Shown one piece after another: positions 1-8,107 of a stretch of 10,992 nt of DNA. The translations under genes were made by a program, and so were the position numbers. Position 1 is the first letter of the stretch. Every line of letters starts with the position of its first letter. The DNA is from a virus (taxonomy: Duplodnaviria > Heunggongvirae > Uroviricota > Caudoviricetes): the IMG/VR virus record IMGVR_UViG_2600255112_000003; one strand, given 5' to 3'. Under the pieces are notes generated by a model, which was given only the letters and a program-made list of their open reading frames with translations, had not been told where the DNA came from and made no database searches.

Positions 1-55
1 ATGGCCGTTTCCGGCCTGCATGGCATGATTTGCGCTTTTGGACGGGAGATTCAGC

Positions 56-643
56 GTGCTGATTGGCTATGTAAGGGTATCAACAAATGACCAGAATACA
101 GACCTGCAACGAAACGCTCTTGTTTGTGCAGGATGTGAACAAATATTTGAAGATAAATTAAGCGGGACAAAGACAGACCGACCGGGATTAAAACGCGCTT
201 TAAAGCGCCTTCAAAAAGGTGACACGCTGGTTGTCTGGAAACTGGATCGCCTCGGGCGAAGCATGAAACATCTGATTTCTCTCGTCGGGGAACTACGGGA
301 GCGAGGAATTAATTTTCGCAGTCTGACCGACAGCATAGATACATCTTCTCCAATGGGGCGTTTTTTCTTCCACGTGATGGGTGCCCTGGCTGAAATGGAA
401 CGTGAATTAATTGTTGAACGTACACTGGCCGGACTGGCGGCAGCGCGCGCAAGGGGGCGCACAGGCGGACGTCGACCGAAGCTGACAAAAGAACAGCATG
501 AGCAAATAGCAAGGCTGATCAAAAACGGGCACGACAGAAAACAACTGGCAATAATTTACGGCATTGGCATATCGACGATTTATCGTTACCACCCCGCAGG
601 AGAATCGAGCGGAACAATTGAGAAGAGTCAGGAAACAAAATAA
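56..643 (+). CDS. Serine recombinase, DNA invertase of the Gin/Pin/Hin/Cin family
   Basis: Translation reads VLIGYVRVSTNDQNTDLQRNAL...DTLVVWKLDRLGRSMKHL..., matching the resolvase/invertase catalytic domain with the active-site serine in the YVRVST motif and a C-terminal helix-turn-helix. The track ORF begins at TTG 38, but GTG 56 sits 7 nt after a GGGAG Shine-Dalgarno (44-48) and gives the family-typical N-terminus (M)LIGY, so I place the start at 56. Confidence 0.9.
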   Translation: MLIGYVRVSTNDQNTDLQRNALVCAGCEQIFEDKLSGTKTDRPGLKRALKRLQKGDTLVVWKLDRLGRSMKHLISLVGELRERGINFRSLTDSIDTSSPMGRFFFHVMGALAEMERELIVERTLAGLAAARARGRTGGRRPKLTKEQHEQIARLIKNGHDRKQLAIIYGIGISTIYRYHPAGESSGTIEKSQETK

Positions 644-670
644 CCGCTAATCTGACCATTAGCGGTTTTT
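642..670. terminator. Putative bidirectional intrinsic terminator between the convergent invertase and gpU genes
   Basis: Perfect 10-bp inverted repeat aaccgctaat / attagcggtt (642-651 and 658-667) around a 6-nt loop, followed by ttt on the + strand and an A/T-rich stretch on the other side. It lies in the 35-bp gap between the two convergent stop codons. Confidence 0.6.
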
Positions 671-678
671 GTGTTAAA

Positions 679-1173
679 TCAGAACAGCCCTTTAACTGAA
701 CTGGCCGCGCTGTTAAGAGATGATGTCACCTTATCTTTGAAGCCGGACAGCATATCACTGAACGATGAGGATTGCAGGCGCTCCCGCAAATCCTCATCAC
801 AGCGTTCAAGGGTCAGTGAAAATTCTATCTTTTTCGCCTTACCGTAGCGATCAAACTCGGAACGGGTCGTATTCGTTTCAGTCAGGACATACATGCCGTA
901 AATCTGCCCGACGCCATCAATCAAAGGCCAGGGTCGTCCTGTATACGCCTGCGTGGTCAGCAGCGACAGCGACACTTCGCCACCTGTAATTTCAGGATAA
1001 AGCACACCAGAAAGAACGATGCGATCATCACCTGCACCGATATACTGCCAGCTTGCTGAACGGTTAACGCGTTCATTTTTCACATGCCGCCAGCTTTTGT
1101 TTTGCTGTAACTGCTGATGCGGCAGCGTGCGCAGCTCAAAAACAAACATGCCGTAGATCATCATCATGGCCAT
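679..1173 (-). CDS. U: P2-like tail protein gpU
   Basis: 164-aa ORF starting MAMMMIYGMFVFELRT, an N-terminus resembling my recollection of P2 gpU. It lies directly downstream of the tape measure gene (T stop TGA 1180-1182, GGAG, then ATG at 1173), as in P2. Confidence 0.85.
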   Translation of the reverse strand: MAMMMIYGMFVFELRTLPHQQLQQNKSWRHVKNERVNRSASWQYIGAGDDRIVLSGVLYPEITGGEVSLSLLTTQAYTGRPWPLIDGVGQIYGMYVLTETNTTRSEFDRYGKAKKIEFSLTLERCDEDLRERLQSSSFSDMLSGFKDKVTSSLNSAASSVKGLF

Positions 1174-1179
1174 GACTCC

Positions 1180-4023
1180 TCAATCTTTATCGTAAAAACT
1201 GCCACGCCCGGCACGGGCGCGCCGTTCCATTTCTGCCCTGACCATTTCACCGACCAGTTTCGCCAGTTCGCGGGGATTCTGCGTAACAACGTTATGCAGA
1301 TGAACATGAATTTCACCACCAAATCCGGAGGCAACAGGCTCCCGGTTACGGGAAGTTACAGGAACTGATGCCACTGGAGATCGTATAGCCTCCGCCACCG
1401 GGCGGGAGCTGGCCGCAACAACAGGGACCAGCGCCGGAGGCAGCGGAGCCGGGACCACGGGTGTGATATTAATTGCGGGGGCAGGCTTACTGACCTGCGC
1501 AATCTTCCGCTCCTGCCACTCCCCACGAACAGCAAGTGCTCGGGGCAGGTTTTTAAAGACAATATCGCCGGGGCCAATGCGTTTTTTCGTCTCCTCAACC
1601 AGCTTACCTGTGTTATCAGCAATTTTGCTGAGTCTGCGCAGCGTACCGGTATTGCTGTCTGTGAGCGGTTTATTGTCTTTGGGGTTATCACCTCCGGTGC
1701 CATTGCCATTTTCCACAGGCTTCGGCGGATTGATTTTCGCCAGGTCCCCCTGAAGCAAGGCAACCTTGTCCTGAAGAATGGCCGCACGCTGTGCGTCTTC
1801 GATTTTCTTGCGCGCCCTTTCCGCTTCATCCGGAAGCACACCAAGCTTTTCAAGTATCCACGCCAGCGTATCCAGCAACATTTTTGCAGGTGTCAGAACA
1901 AGTTGTAACGCACCGCCAAGAACGTTACCGAATATCTCGCCAGCACTGGTACATTTATCCAGCGTTTCCTTGCTGGACTCCATCGGTGACAGCAGCGATT
2001 TAAACCAGTTAAACACCTGGCTGATCCCACTCCCGATTGCGTCAAAAACAGGACCAAACCGTTCAAAGGTTTCGCGCAACGGGGTCAGCCTTTCCATAAT
2101 CCCGCTGAACACCCCGGCAAAAAATGCCCTGATGGGATCCCAGTATTTCCAGATAAGAACGGCAGCTCCGGCAAGCGCAGCCACGATAAGACCAACCGGA
2201 CTGAACAACGCCCCGATAGCGCCTCCCAGTAAAGAAACGGAACCCGTCACCATTCCCCATAGTGCTGGCAGAACCCTGACAGCATTCATTGATCCGGTCA
2301 GGAGGGAAAAACCAAGACGCAGTTTTGCCAGCGGGCCAGCAAGCACACCAATAGCCAGCGACAACGAGCCAACCGTTGCAGTCATTGCCAGCAGTGCACC
2401 GCCTGCAATCAGTAGCTGGCGCGTCAGTGCGGGATGGGCCTGCGCCAGCGCCGTCACCTTTGATACCACACGCGTGAGCCACTGCGTGACAGAACGCAGC
2501 GGACCGTCAATCAGATCTGCAATGCGGATGCGCAACCCTTCCCATGCACTGCTGAGTGATTTCAGATCGCCGTCAAGGTTGTTGGCCATAACCTTTGCCG
2601 TGCGTTCAGCCTCACCGCGCGCGCCTTCAAGTTCTTTTCTCAGTTTGGGTAAGGAGCCGTCACCTGCCGCATCAACGAGGGCCATAAATGATGTGAAAGC
2701 CTCTTCTCCGGCAATGTCCTTAAAGAACGATACCCGGTCAACTTCCCCGTATTTGCGGGTAGCTTTATAAAGGTCAGCCAGCACATCCTCCATCGGGCGC
2801 ATTTTGCCCCCGGCATCCGAGACAGACACGCCAAGCTCTTTCAGCGCCTCTGCTGCCGCCTTTGGCGGTGATGCCAGACGAGCCAGGCTGGCACGCATTG
2901 CCGTACCAGCATCACTCCCCCTGATACCCATATTCGCCAGCACGCCCGCCATCGCTGCGGCCTGCTCCAGCGATATTCCCAGCTTACCCGCCACCGGACC
3001 TGCATATTTCATGGTTTCACCCAGTGCGCGAAGGTCAGTGTTGGTACGGGTAAACGCTGCGGTGAGTGTGTCGCCGACCCGGCCCATCTGGTCAGCAGAA
3101 AGACCGAACTGCGTCAGAATATTTGAGCCAATATCCGCCGTCTCACCGAGGTCCATACCGCCAGCCGTTGCCATGCTCAGTACGCCAGGGAGCGCAGCCT
3201 GAATGGCCTGTGGTGTAAAGCCAGCCATTGCAAGAAATGCCTGTCCACTGGCGGCATCGCCTGCGGTGAACTGCGTTTCAGAGCCAAGTTTTAACGCCTG
3301 CTCACGCAGCGCCTTAAACTGCGGGCTGTTCTGGTCGATTCGCGTCAGTGCCTGAACGCGGGACATCTCTTTGCCGAACCCGATCGCAGGCTGCAAAAAA
3401 CGCCCGGCAGCATAGCCGCCCGCCGCTGCCGCACCAATTGCCAGCGCACCACCTGTTTTCAGTTTTCCCGCTGTTTCCTGCGCGCGCGAATACCGCTCAC
3501 GCGCCCGTGTTACACGCGCAAGCACCTGCCGTTCGCGTTCAAGCTGGTTGTTGTACTGTTCGGTGCGTCTGATGGCCTGCTGGATGGTGTTATCGCTGCC
3601 TGTCAGGGAAATGCCGTGGCGTTTCAGCTCTCCGCCAAGCTCCCGCATTTTCTGAATTTCCCGTGTGCGCGATTCATTCAGGCGTTCAAGCCGGGTGCTT
3701 AACTGCTGCATCAGCTTTTGTTGTTTTTCGCTGAGCACTGTACCCGTGCGTTGTAACTGATTAAGGGCGTTAAGCTGGCGTCGTGCTTTCACGATGCCCG
3801 CATCCGCTTTACTGACAGCGTCACGGGCGCGCTCAAATGATCGCGCCTGACGCTCGAGATTTTTGATCGCCCCCTGCGTTCGCTGGATGGAGTCACCAAA
3901 CTGCCCCATCAGGCGGCGGGCGTTTTCGGCAGGCCGGGTCAGCCTGTCAACGGCGCTGAAAGCGACCCGGATATCAAGAGTCTTCATTGTCTGCATTCCC
4001 GCTACGAAGTGCCGCCCGCTCAC
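1180..4023 (-). CDS. T: Tail tape measure protein (gpT-like)
   Basis: 947-aa ORF, Ala/Gly/Leu-rich, with a charged helical N-terminal third and central hydrophobic segments, positioned between E/E' and U as expected for a tape measure. The track start is GTG 4023; in-frame ATGs at 3996 and 3987 are alternative starts, and the start overlaps the end of the E' frame. Confidence 0.85.
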   Translation of the reverse strand: MSGRHFVAGMQTMKTLDIRVAFSAVDRLTRPAENARRLMGQFGDSIQRTQGAIKNLERQARSFERARDAVSKADAGIVKARRQLNALNQLQRTGTVLSEKQQKLMQQLSTRLERLNESRTREIQKMRELGGELKRHGISLTGSDNTIQQAIRRTEQYNNQLERERQVLARVTRARERYSRAQETAGKLKTGGALAIGAAAAGGYAAGRFLQPAIGFGKEMSRVQALTRIDQNSPQFKALREQALKLGSETQFTAGDAASGQAFLAMAGFTPQAIQAALPGVLSMATAGGMDLGETADIGSNILTQFGLSADQMGRVGDTLTAAFTRTNTDLRALGETMKYAGPVAGKLGISLEQAAAMAGVLANMGIRGSDAGTAMRASLARLASPPKAAAEALKELGVSVSDAGGKMRPMEDVLADLYKATRKYGEVDRVSFFKDIAGEEAFTSFMALVDAAGDGSLPKLRKELEGARGEAERTAKVMANNLDGDLKSLSSAWEGLRIRIADLIDGPLRSVTQWLTRVVSKVTALAQAHPALTRQLLIAGGALLAMTATVGSLSLAIGVLAGPLAKLRLGFSLLTGSMNAVRVLPALWGMVTGSVSLLGGAIGALFSPVGLIVAALAGAAVLIWKYWDPIRAFFAGVFSGIMERLTPLRETFERFGPVFDAIGSGISQVFNWFKSLLSPMESSKETLDKCTSAGEIFGNVLGGALQLVLTPAKMLLDTLAWILEKLGVLPDEAERARKKIEDAQRAAILQDKVALLQGDLAKINPPKPVENGNGTGGDNPKDNKPLTDSNTGTLRRLSKIADNTGKLVEETKKRIGPGDIVFKNLPRALAVRGEWQERKIAQVSKPAPAINITPVVPAPLPPALVPVVAASSRPVAEAIRSPVASVPVTSRNREPVASGFGGEIHVHLHNVVTQNPRELAKLVGEMVRAEMERRARAGRGSFYDKD

Positions 4024-4243
4024 GCCAGCTAACCACTTCGCCGGGCGTCATCATGAAGATTTCGGCGGGCGACCAGTTAAAAATGGCGGCAATATCCGCC
4101 ACCAGATCTTCGATGTGCTCAAAGCACACCAGGGTGATTACGCTGCCGTCTCCTGCACGCTCTTCGCGCCAGAGTCTGGCTCGCTCATAAAATTTACAGC
4201 CACAGCGCACAACTGAATAAAATCGCGTGACGACATTTTTTTA
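3974..4243 (-). CDS. E' extension of the tail assembly chaperone, expressed only as an E+E' fusion by -1 frameshift
   Basis: The -1 frame relative to E opens immediately after a TAA at 4243-4241 and stays open to a stop at 3976-3974, overlapping the T start. An A7 run on the coding strand (T7 at 4236-4242 on +) sits exactly at the opening of this frame. This matches the conserved chaperone frameshift arrangement of long-tailed phages (P2 E/E', lambda G/GT). Confidence 0.45.
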
Positions 4244-4512
4244 ATCATCACTTCATCCAGTCGTGGCGAGGTCACGCGAGGCAACAGCGTGAACATGGTA
4301 TCCGCTTTCAGATTCAGCACATCAGACAGCGACAGACCACGCAGGGATCCAGCCTGCTCAATAGCCCCGGTGATCTCCACATACGTGATTTTTTCGCCAC
4401 CACGCTCAATTGGTCGGGTCAGTTTTACGCCACGTTCGACAGCCATATCCTCAACTGCCGTCACATTATCCGCCACGGTGTTATTCCGGGTTTCAGTATC
4501 GATGTCTTTCAT
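4138..4512 (-). CDS. E: Tail assembly chaperone gpE
   Basis: 124-aa ORF with an ATG at 4512-4510 preceded by AAGGAG at 8-nt spacing. It contains LTRPIERGGEKITYVEI...LRGLSLSDVLNL...LLPRVTSP, resembling the P2 gpE family, and lies between FII and T. Confidence 0.8.
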   Translation of the reverse strand: MKDIDTETRNNTVADNVTAVEDMAVERGVKLTRPIERGGEKITYVEITGAIEQAGSLRGLSLSDVLNLKADTMFTLLPRVTSPRLDEVMIKKMSSRDFIQLCAVAVNFMSEPDSGAKSVQETAA

Positions 4513-4567
4513 CTGTTGTCTCCTTTTCAGTCAGAGGCGACGCACTGCGCCGCCGGCATATTACTTA

Positions 4568-5080
4568 TCAGCCAAGCCCAAGCGCGGAACGGATGCGATC
4601 GGGCACAATGTCCTTGCCGTCCTTCCGGTAAATGAAGTTCAGCAGGTCAATCTCCCACAACGGGCGATCGTTAACACTCAGCTTGTAGTAGGTGTTTTTA
4701 ATGGCGTAAGTGTGTGATGTGGCTTCGCCCTGTTTGGCTTCCCCCATATCAATTTCCGTCACACGTCCGCGCATTTCGACTTCATACAGGTCGCTTTCTG
4801 CATCGGTGTAGTATTCACCCGCAAAACGCAGCAGCGTGCCGTCAATCGTGCCGCCATACTTAAGGAACAGCTCACGAACTGCGCCCCCCATGACAAAGCT
4901 CGCATCAAGCGCGGAGTCGTCCAGACCGAGATCAATACTTACCGCACCCATCATGCCACCACCCCGGTAGCTGTCGGTTTTGCGCGTCAGCTTAGGCAGA
5001 GTGACGGACGTCACCTTACCCACTTCGTTTTCACCATCCACAAACAGCGTAAAAAAGCGAAGATGTTTTGGCACAGCCAT
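4568..5080 (-). CDS. FII: Tail tube protein FII
   Basis: 170-aa ORF, close to my recollection of P2 FII size, immediately downstream of the sheath gene. Its ATG shares one nucleotide with the FI stop (TGATG), indicating translational coupling. Confidence 0.9.
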   Translation of the reverse strand: MAVPKHLRFFTLFVDGENEVGKVTSVTLPKLTRKTDSYRGGGMMGAVSIDLGLDDSALDASFVMGGAVRELFLKYGGTIDGTLLRFAGEYYTDAESDLYEVEMRGRVTEIDMGEAKQGEATSHTYAIKNTYYKLSVNDRPLWEIDLLNFIYRKDGKDIVPDRIRSALGLG

Positions 5081-6264
5081 CAGGCACCTCCCAGCACCGC
5101 AAATGCGGGTTCAAAGTATTCATCAGTAAACGTCTGGTAAAGCTCCATGTCTTCCAGTGGCGGAACGGGCGTATATTTGTAGCGAATACGCACACGTCCC
5201 TGACGTAAATCCGTGGTGCTGTTATCCACCACGTCATACCAGCACTCCGCGCCAATCAGTTTCCCGGCAGTCACCAGTGAATCCAGTTTTGCCCTGATGG
5301 CACTGATAACATCCTTCACATTCGCAGGCGTCAGTGGACTGTCGATGGTTTCAAACTGCGCTTCCGCAATTGAATCAGCCAGCACCTGTGCGGTTCGGGT
5401 ATACACCTCAAAGATGTAGGCGTTCGTTTCCGGTGTGCGGTTACCCCAGAAGCGGAACCCGTTACGACGAATAATGGTCGTGATTTCTTTGTTGTTGAGG
5501 CTGTTGGCATCGCTGTCTTCGGCCTGCAACGACCAGAACACATGCCTCGACATCCCCAGCACATTTTTAACCGGAACGTTGGACAGTGATTTGTGCCATC
5601 CCTGTTCATGGTCAATGTACGCACGAAGGCCGCACGCATAGGCAGGCGCGGGGAACGTTTCGTTTTTGCCACTTTTCGGGTTGTAGGCGATGAAGTCCGG
5701 CCATAAGAGCATCACCTCACGTTCGTTGAATTTCTGGCGGTAGGTAATCGCCTCAGCCATCGTGTTACAGCCGTGACATGAGGCATACACAAACGCGCGC
5801 AGTTTACCTGCAATCACGCACAGGGATTTCGTTACCGCCTCCGTGTCCAGCTCCGGCGCGGCCAGAATACGCGGACGGTATCCGATGCTTTCATCCTGCT
5901 CTGCAACAAGCAGCGCATACATCCCCGTATAGCTGCCGTCATCCTCAGAACCACCGATAACCAGTTGATCCTGCGTCTTTCCGTCTTCTTCTTTGTGTTC
6001 AGCCACGCGAACGACGATCACCTTTGTGCTCACCTGGTCTGCGATGGCCTTAAGCGCACGATAAAGCGTCCCCGTTGTTCCGCATTTTCCCAGCACGTCA
6101 TTGACGCGGGTCAGCAGTGTGGGCTTGTTCAGCGGGAACAGCTTCGCGTCCGCATCATCCGCCGTTGCCACGATACCGATAACGCTGGAATCAACATCGT
6201 TAATCGCTGTTACCAGGTCGGTATTTTCCGTAACACGGGCACCATGAAAACGAGTTTCACTCAT
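5080..6264 (-). CDS. FI: Contractile tail sheath protein FI
   Basis: 394-aa ORF starting MSETRFHGARVTE, with size and position (first gene of the sheath-tube-chaperone-tape measure operon) as in P2 FI. ATG at 6264-6262. Confidence 0.9.
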   Translation of the reverse strand: MSETRFHGARVTENTDLVTAINDVDSSVIGIVATADDADAKLFPLNKPTLLTRVNDVLGKCGTTGTLYRALKAIADQVSTKVIVVRVAEHKEEDGKTQDQLVIGGSEDDGSYTGMYALLVAEQDESIGYRPRILAAPELDTEAVTKSLCVIAGKLRAFVYASCHGCNTMAEAITYRQKFNEREVMLLWPDFIAYNPKSGKNETFPAPAYACGLRAYIDHEQGWHKSLSNVPVKNVLGMSRHVFWSLQAEDSDANSLNNKEITTIIRRNGFRFWGNRTPETNAYIFEVYTRTAQVLADSIAEAQFETIDSPLTPANVKDVISAIRAKLDSLVTAGKLIGAECWYDVVDNSTTDLRQGRVRIRYKYTPVPPLEDMELYQTFTDEYFEPAFAVLGGA

Positions 6265-6421
6265 AGCTTCAGCCCCTTGTATCCGTTAAATGATTCGGCA
6301 ACAATCATCACCCACCACGCGCGTAATCTCACCCCTGCGCCGTTCTCCCGATTCGGCGACAACAAAAAGCAGTAACCCCTTCCGCACGCACATGCGACCA
6401 TGCCGCACAGGGAGGGAACAG

Positions 6422-7531
6422 ATGACCGATACCACCATGCAATTGCTCAGTCAGGGCACGGCCCCCGTGAAAATGCCGGATTTGGATATTTTCGCGGAGG
6501 GTAAAACGCTGTCAGGCGTGGCAGAGCGCCTGATGAACCTGTCACTGACCGACAACCGGGGATTTGAAGCGGACCAGCTCACCATCACGCTGGATGATGC
6601 GGATGGTCAGTTGCAGCTACCGCCACGGGGCGCGCGCCTGACGGTTCTCATTGGCTGGAAAGGAGAGCCGCTGACAGAAAAAGGCACTTACATTGTTGAT
6701 GAAATCGCTCACGAAGGACCGCCGGACAGGCTGACTGTTTCAGCCAGAAGCGCAGATTTTCGGGATGAATTTAACGTTAAACGTGAGGTGTCCTGGCATG
6801 ATGTGACCGTTGAGCGTGTGGTATCCGCCATCGCTCATCGGTATGGTCTGAAACCGCAAATCAGCGAAATGCTGATGGATATCGAAATCGACCACGCCGA
6901 CCAGACCGAAGAAAGCGACATGTCCTTCCTTACGCGCATGGCGGAAATGCTGGGCGCAATCACCACGGTAAAAAGCGGCAATCTGTTATTCATCATGCCA
7001 GGTGGTGGCGTGAACGCACAGGGCCAGCCGTTGCCCTCGTTCGCCATTACACGCAGCAGCGGCGATCGCCATCAGTTCCGCATTGCTGACCGCGAGGCGT
7101 ATACGGGGGTACGTGCCTACTGGCTTGATCTTAATTACGGGAAAAAGAAAAAAGTCAGCGTGAAACGCCGTAAACCGCCAAAACCCAAAAAGGAGAAAAG
7201 CAGCAGCCGTGAAGGTGATTATATGGAGGGCGCGGAAGGCAATGTGTTTGTGTTACGCAAGACTTATCAGAACGAGCAGGCAGCAAGACGCGCAGCGGCG
7301 GCAAAGTGGCAGCAGCTACAACGCGGAGCCGCATCATTCTCCATCACGCTGGCGCGTGGACGCGCAGAACTCTATCCCGAAATGCATGGCACGGTAACAG
7401 GATTTAAAAGCGAGATTGATAATCAGGACTGGATTATTGCAAAAGCCGAGCACACCATTGATAACAGCGGCTTTACCACGCAGCTTGAGCTTGAGGCAAA
7501 AATCCCGGAATGGATAGCGGAAACAGAGTGA
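6422..7531 (+). CDS. D: P2-like tail protein gpD (late control gene D family)
   Basis: Long ORF immediately upstream of ogr, with a basic KKKKVSVKRRKPPKPKKEK linker. The track ORF begins at 6290, but ATG 6422 is preceded by GGAGGG (6411-6416) and gives about 369 aa, close to my recollection of P2 gpD size. Confidence 0.85.
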   Translation: MTDTTMQLLSQGTAPVKMPDLDIFAEGKTLSGVAERLMNLSLTDNRGFEADQLTITLDDADGQLQLPPRGARLTVLIGWKGEPLTEKGTYIVDEIAHEGPPDRLTVSARSADFRDEFNVKREVSWHDVTVERVVSAIAHRYGLKPQISEMLMDIEIDHADQTEESDMSFLTRMAEMLGAITTVKSGNLLFIMPGGGVNAQGQPLPSFAITRSSGDRHQFRIADREAYTGVRAYWLDLNYGKKKKVSVKRRKPPKPKKEKSSSREGDYMEGAEGNVFVLRKTYQNEQAARRAAAAKWQQLQRGAASFSITLARGRAELYPEMHGTVTGFKSEIDNQDWIIAKAEHTIDNSGFTTQLELEAKIPEWIAETE

Positions 7532-7573
7532 AGAACTTAGAATAGCGGCAGCACCACGTTAAGGGAGGTCGCT

Positions 7574-7834
7574 ATGTTCCGTTGTCCGCTTTGTGGCGCA
7601 TCTGCCCGTATCCGCACCAGTCGCCCGGAAAATGATTCAAACACCGTGCGGCAAAAGTATTACCAGTGTAACAACCTGGAATGCGGCGTATGCTTCTCAA
7701 CACTGGAAGCCTTCCATAAATTCACATCGAAACACGCCTCCGGCGTTCACTCATCAGAAGGCATCCCGTGGCATGAGCTGCCAGCTTCACACAGGGGAAA
7801 CAATCAGATGAGTTTGCCTTTACCTCAGAATTAA
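7574..7834 (+). CDS. ogr: Ogr/Delta-family zinc-finger late transcription activator
   Basis: 86-aa protein MFRCPLCGASARIRTSR...YYQCNNLECGVCF carrying the Cys-x2-Cys...Cys-x4-Cys zinc-binding arrangement of P2 Ogr. AGGGAGG Shine-Dalgarno lies upstream, and the gene follows D as in P2. Confidence 0.85.
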   Translation: MFRCPLCGASARIRTSRPENDSNTVRQKYYQCNNLECGVCFSTLEAFHKFTSKHASGVHSSEGIPWHELPASHRGNNQMSLPLPQN

Positions 7835-7843
7835 CAGGCAGAA

Positions 7844-7872
7844 TTGCCGGAGTAACAAAAAAGCGATAGATT
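7844..7872 (+). promoter_or_regulatory. Candidate sigma70 promoter for the mok/hok transcript
   Basis: TTGCCG (7844-7849), 17-bp spacer, TAGATT (7867-7872). Both hexamers are imperfect and this is an eye call only. Confidence 0.2.
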
Positions 7873-7894
7873 ACGTGCGGGTGCCTTTCGGCTG

Positions 7895-8107
7895 ATGGTC
7901 GGAGGGAATACCCGAAGGCCGGATGTGGAAAGGCCCCGGAAAACATATCTGTTTAACCGAGGCCCTAACCGCATTACCTTGACAAGTGAAAGGTTAGCGC
8001 CTCTCCGGAAAAGGAGCAAGTGCTATGTCGCAAAAATCGCTTACGGCCATCACGTTCTGCGTGACGGCAATCCTCATCATCTGGATGCTGCACGGTTCGC
8101 TGTGTGA
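7895..8107 (+). CDS. mok-like overlapping reading frame upstream of and overlapping hok
   Basis: 70-codon ORF in a different frame that starts upstream of hok and ends inside it, the geometry of mok in hok/sok loci. I see no clear Shine-Dalgarno and cannot confirm by similarity. Confidence 0.3.
   Translation: MVGGNTRRPDVERPRKTYLFNRGPNRITLTSERLAPLRKRSKCYVAKIAYGHHVLRDGNPHHLDAARFAV

Noticed and set aside
38-55. TTG 38 as the invertase start
   Set aside because: GTG 56 has a correctly spaced GGGAG site and yields the conserved (M)LIGYVRVS N-terminus; the upstream extension MDGRFS is not typical of the family.
679-1173. Plus-strand ORF 765-989 overlapping gpU, plus small ORFs at 211-522, 309-512 and 407-592 overlapping the invertase
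   Set aside because: They are antisense to well-supported genes, with no signals and low-complexity translations.
1778-2770. 330-aa plus-strand ORF inside the tape measure gene, along with others at 1356-1853, 1463-1753, 1791-2003, 2063-2482, 2640-2834, 2804-3202 and 3348-3572
   Set aside because: They lie antisense or out of frame within a GC-rich gene, have Ala/Ser/Pro/Arg-rich low-complexity translations and no ribosome-binding sites, so they are typical spurious open frames in high-GC coding DNA.
5213-6375. Plus-strand and internal minus-strand ORFs within the sheath gene (5213-5419, 5331-5672, 5435-5641, 5778-5960, 5965-6375)
   Set aside because: They overlap the confidently assigned FI coding sequence in other frames and are not supported by start signals.
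6290-6421. N-terminal 44-codon extension of gpD as drawn in the ORF track
   Set aside because: The extension is Ser/Pro/Arg/Thr-rich, overlaps the divergent promoter region, and lacks a ribosome-binding site, whereas ATG 6422 has a strong GGAGGG site.
7979-7984. Perfect TTGACA hexamer just upstream of hok, considered as a -35 element
   Set aside because: No acceptable -10 hexamer lies 16-18 bp downstream, and the site would fall inside the hok leader and mok frame.
7831-8019. 62-aa minus-strand ORF opposite the mok/hok leader, plus a similar one at 7722-7946
   Set aside because: They are antisense to ogr and the hok leader with no translation signals. The region may still encode a non-coding antisense RNA, but I could not find a convincing promoter for one.
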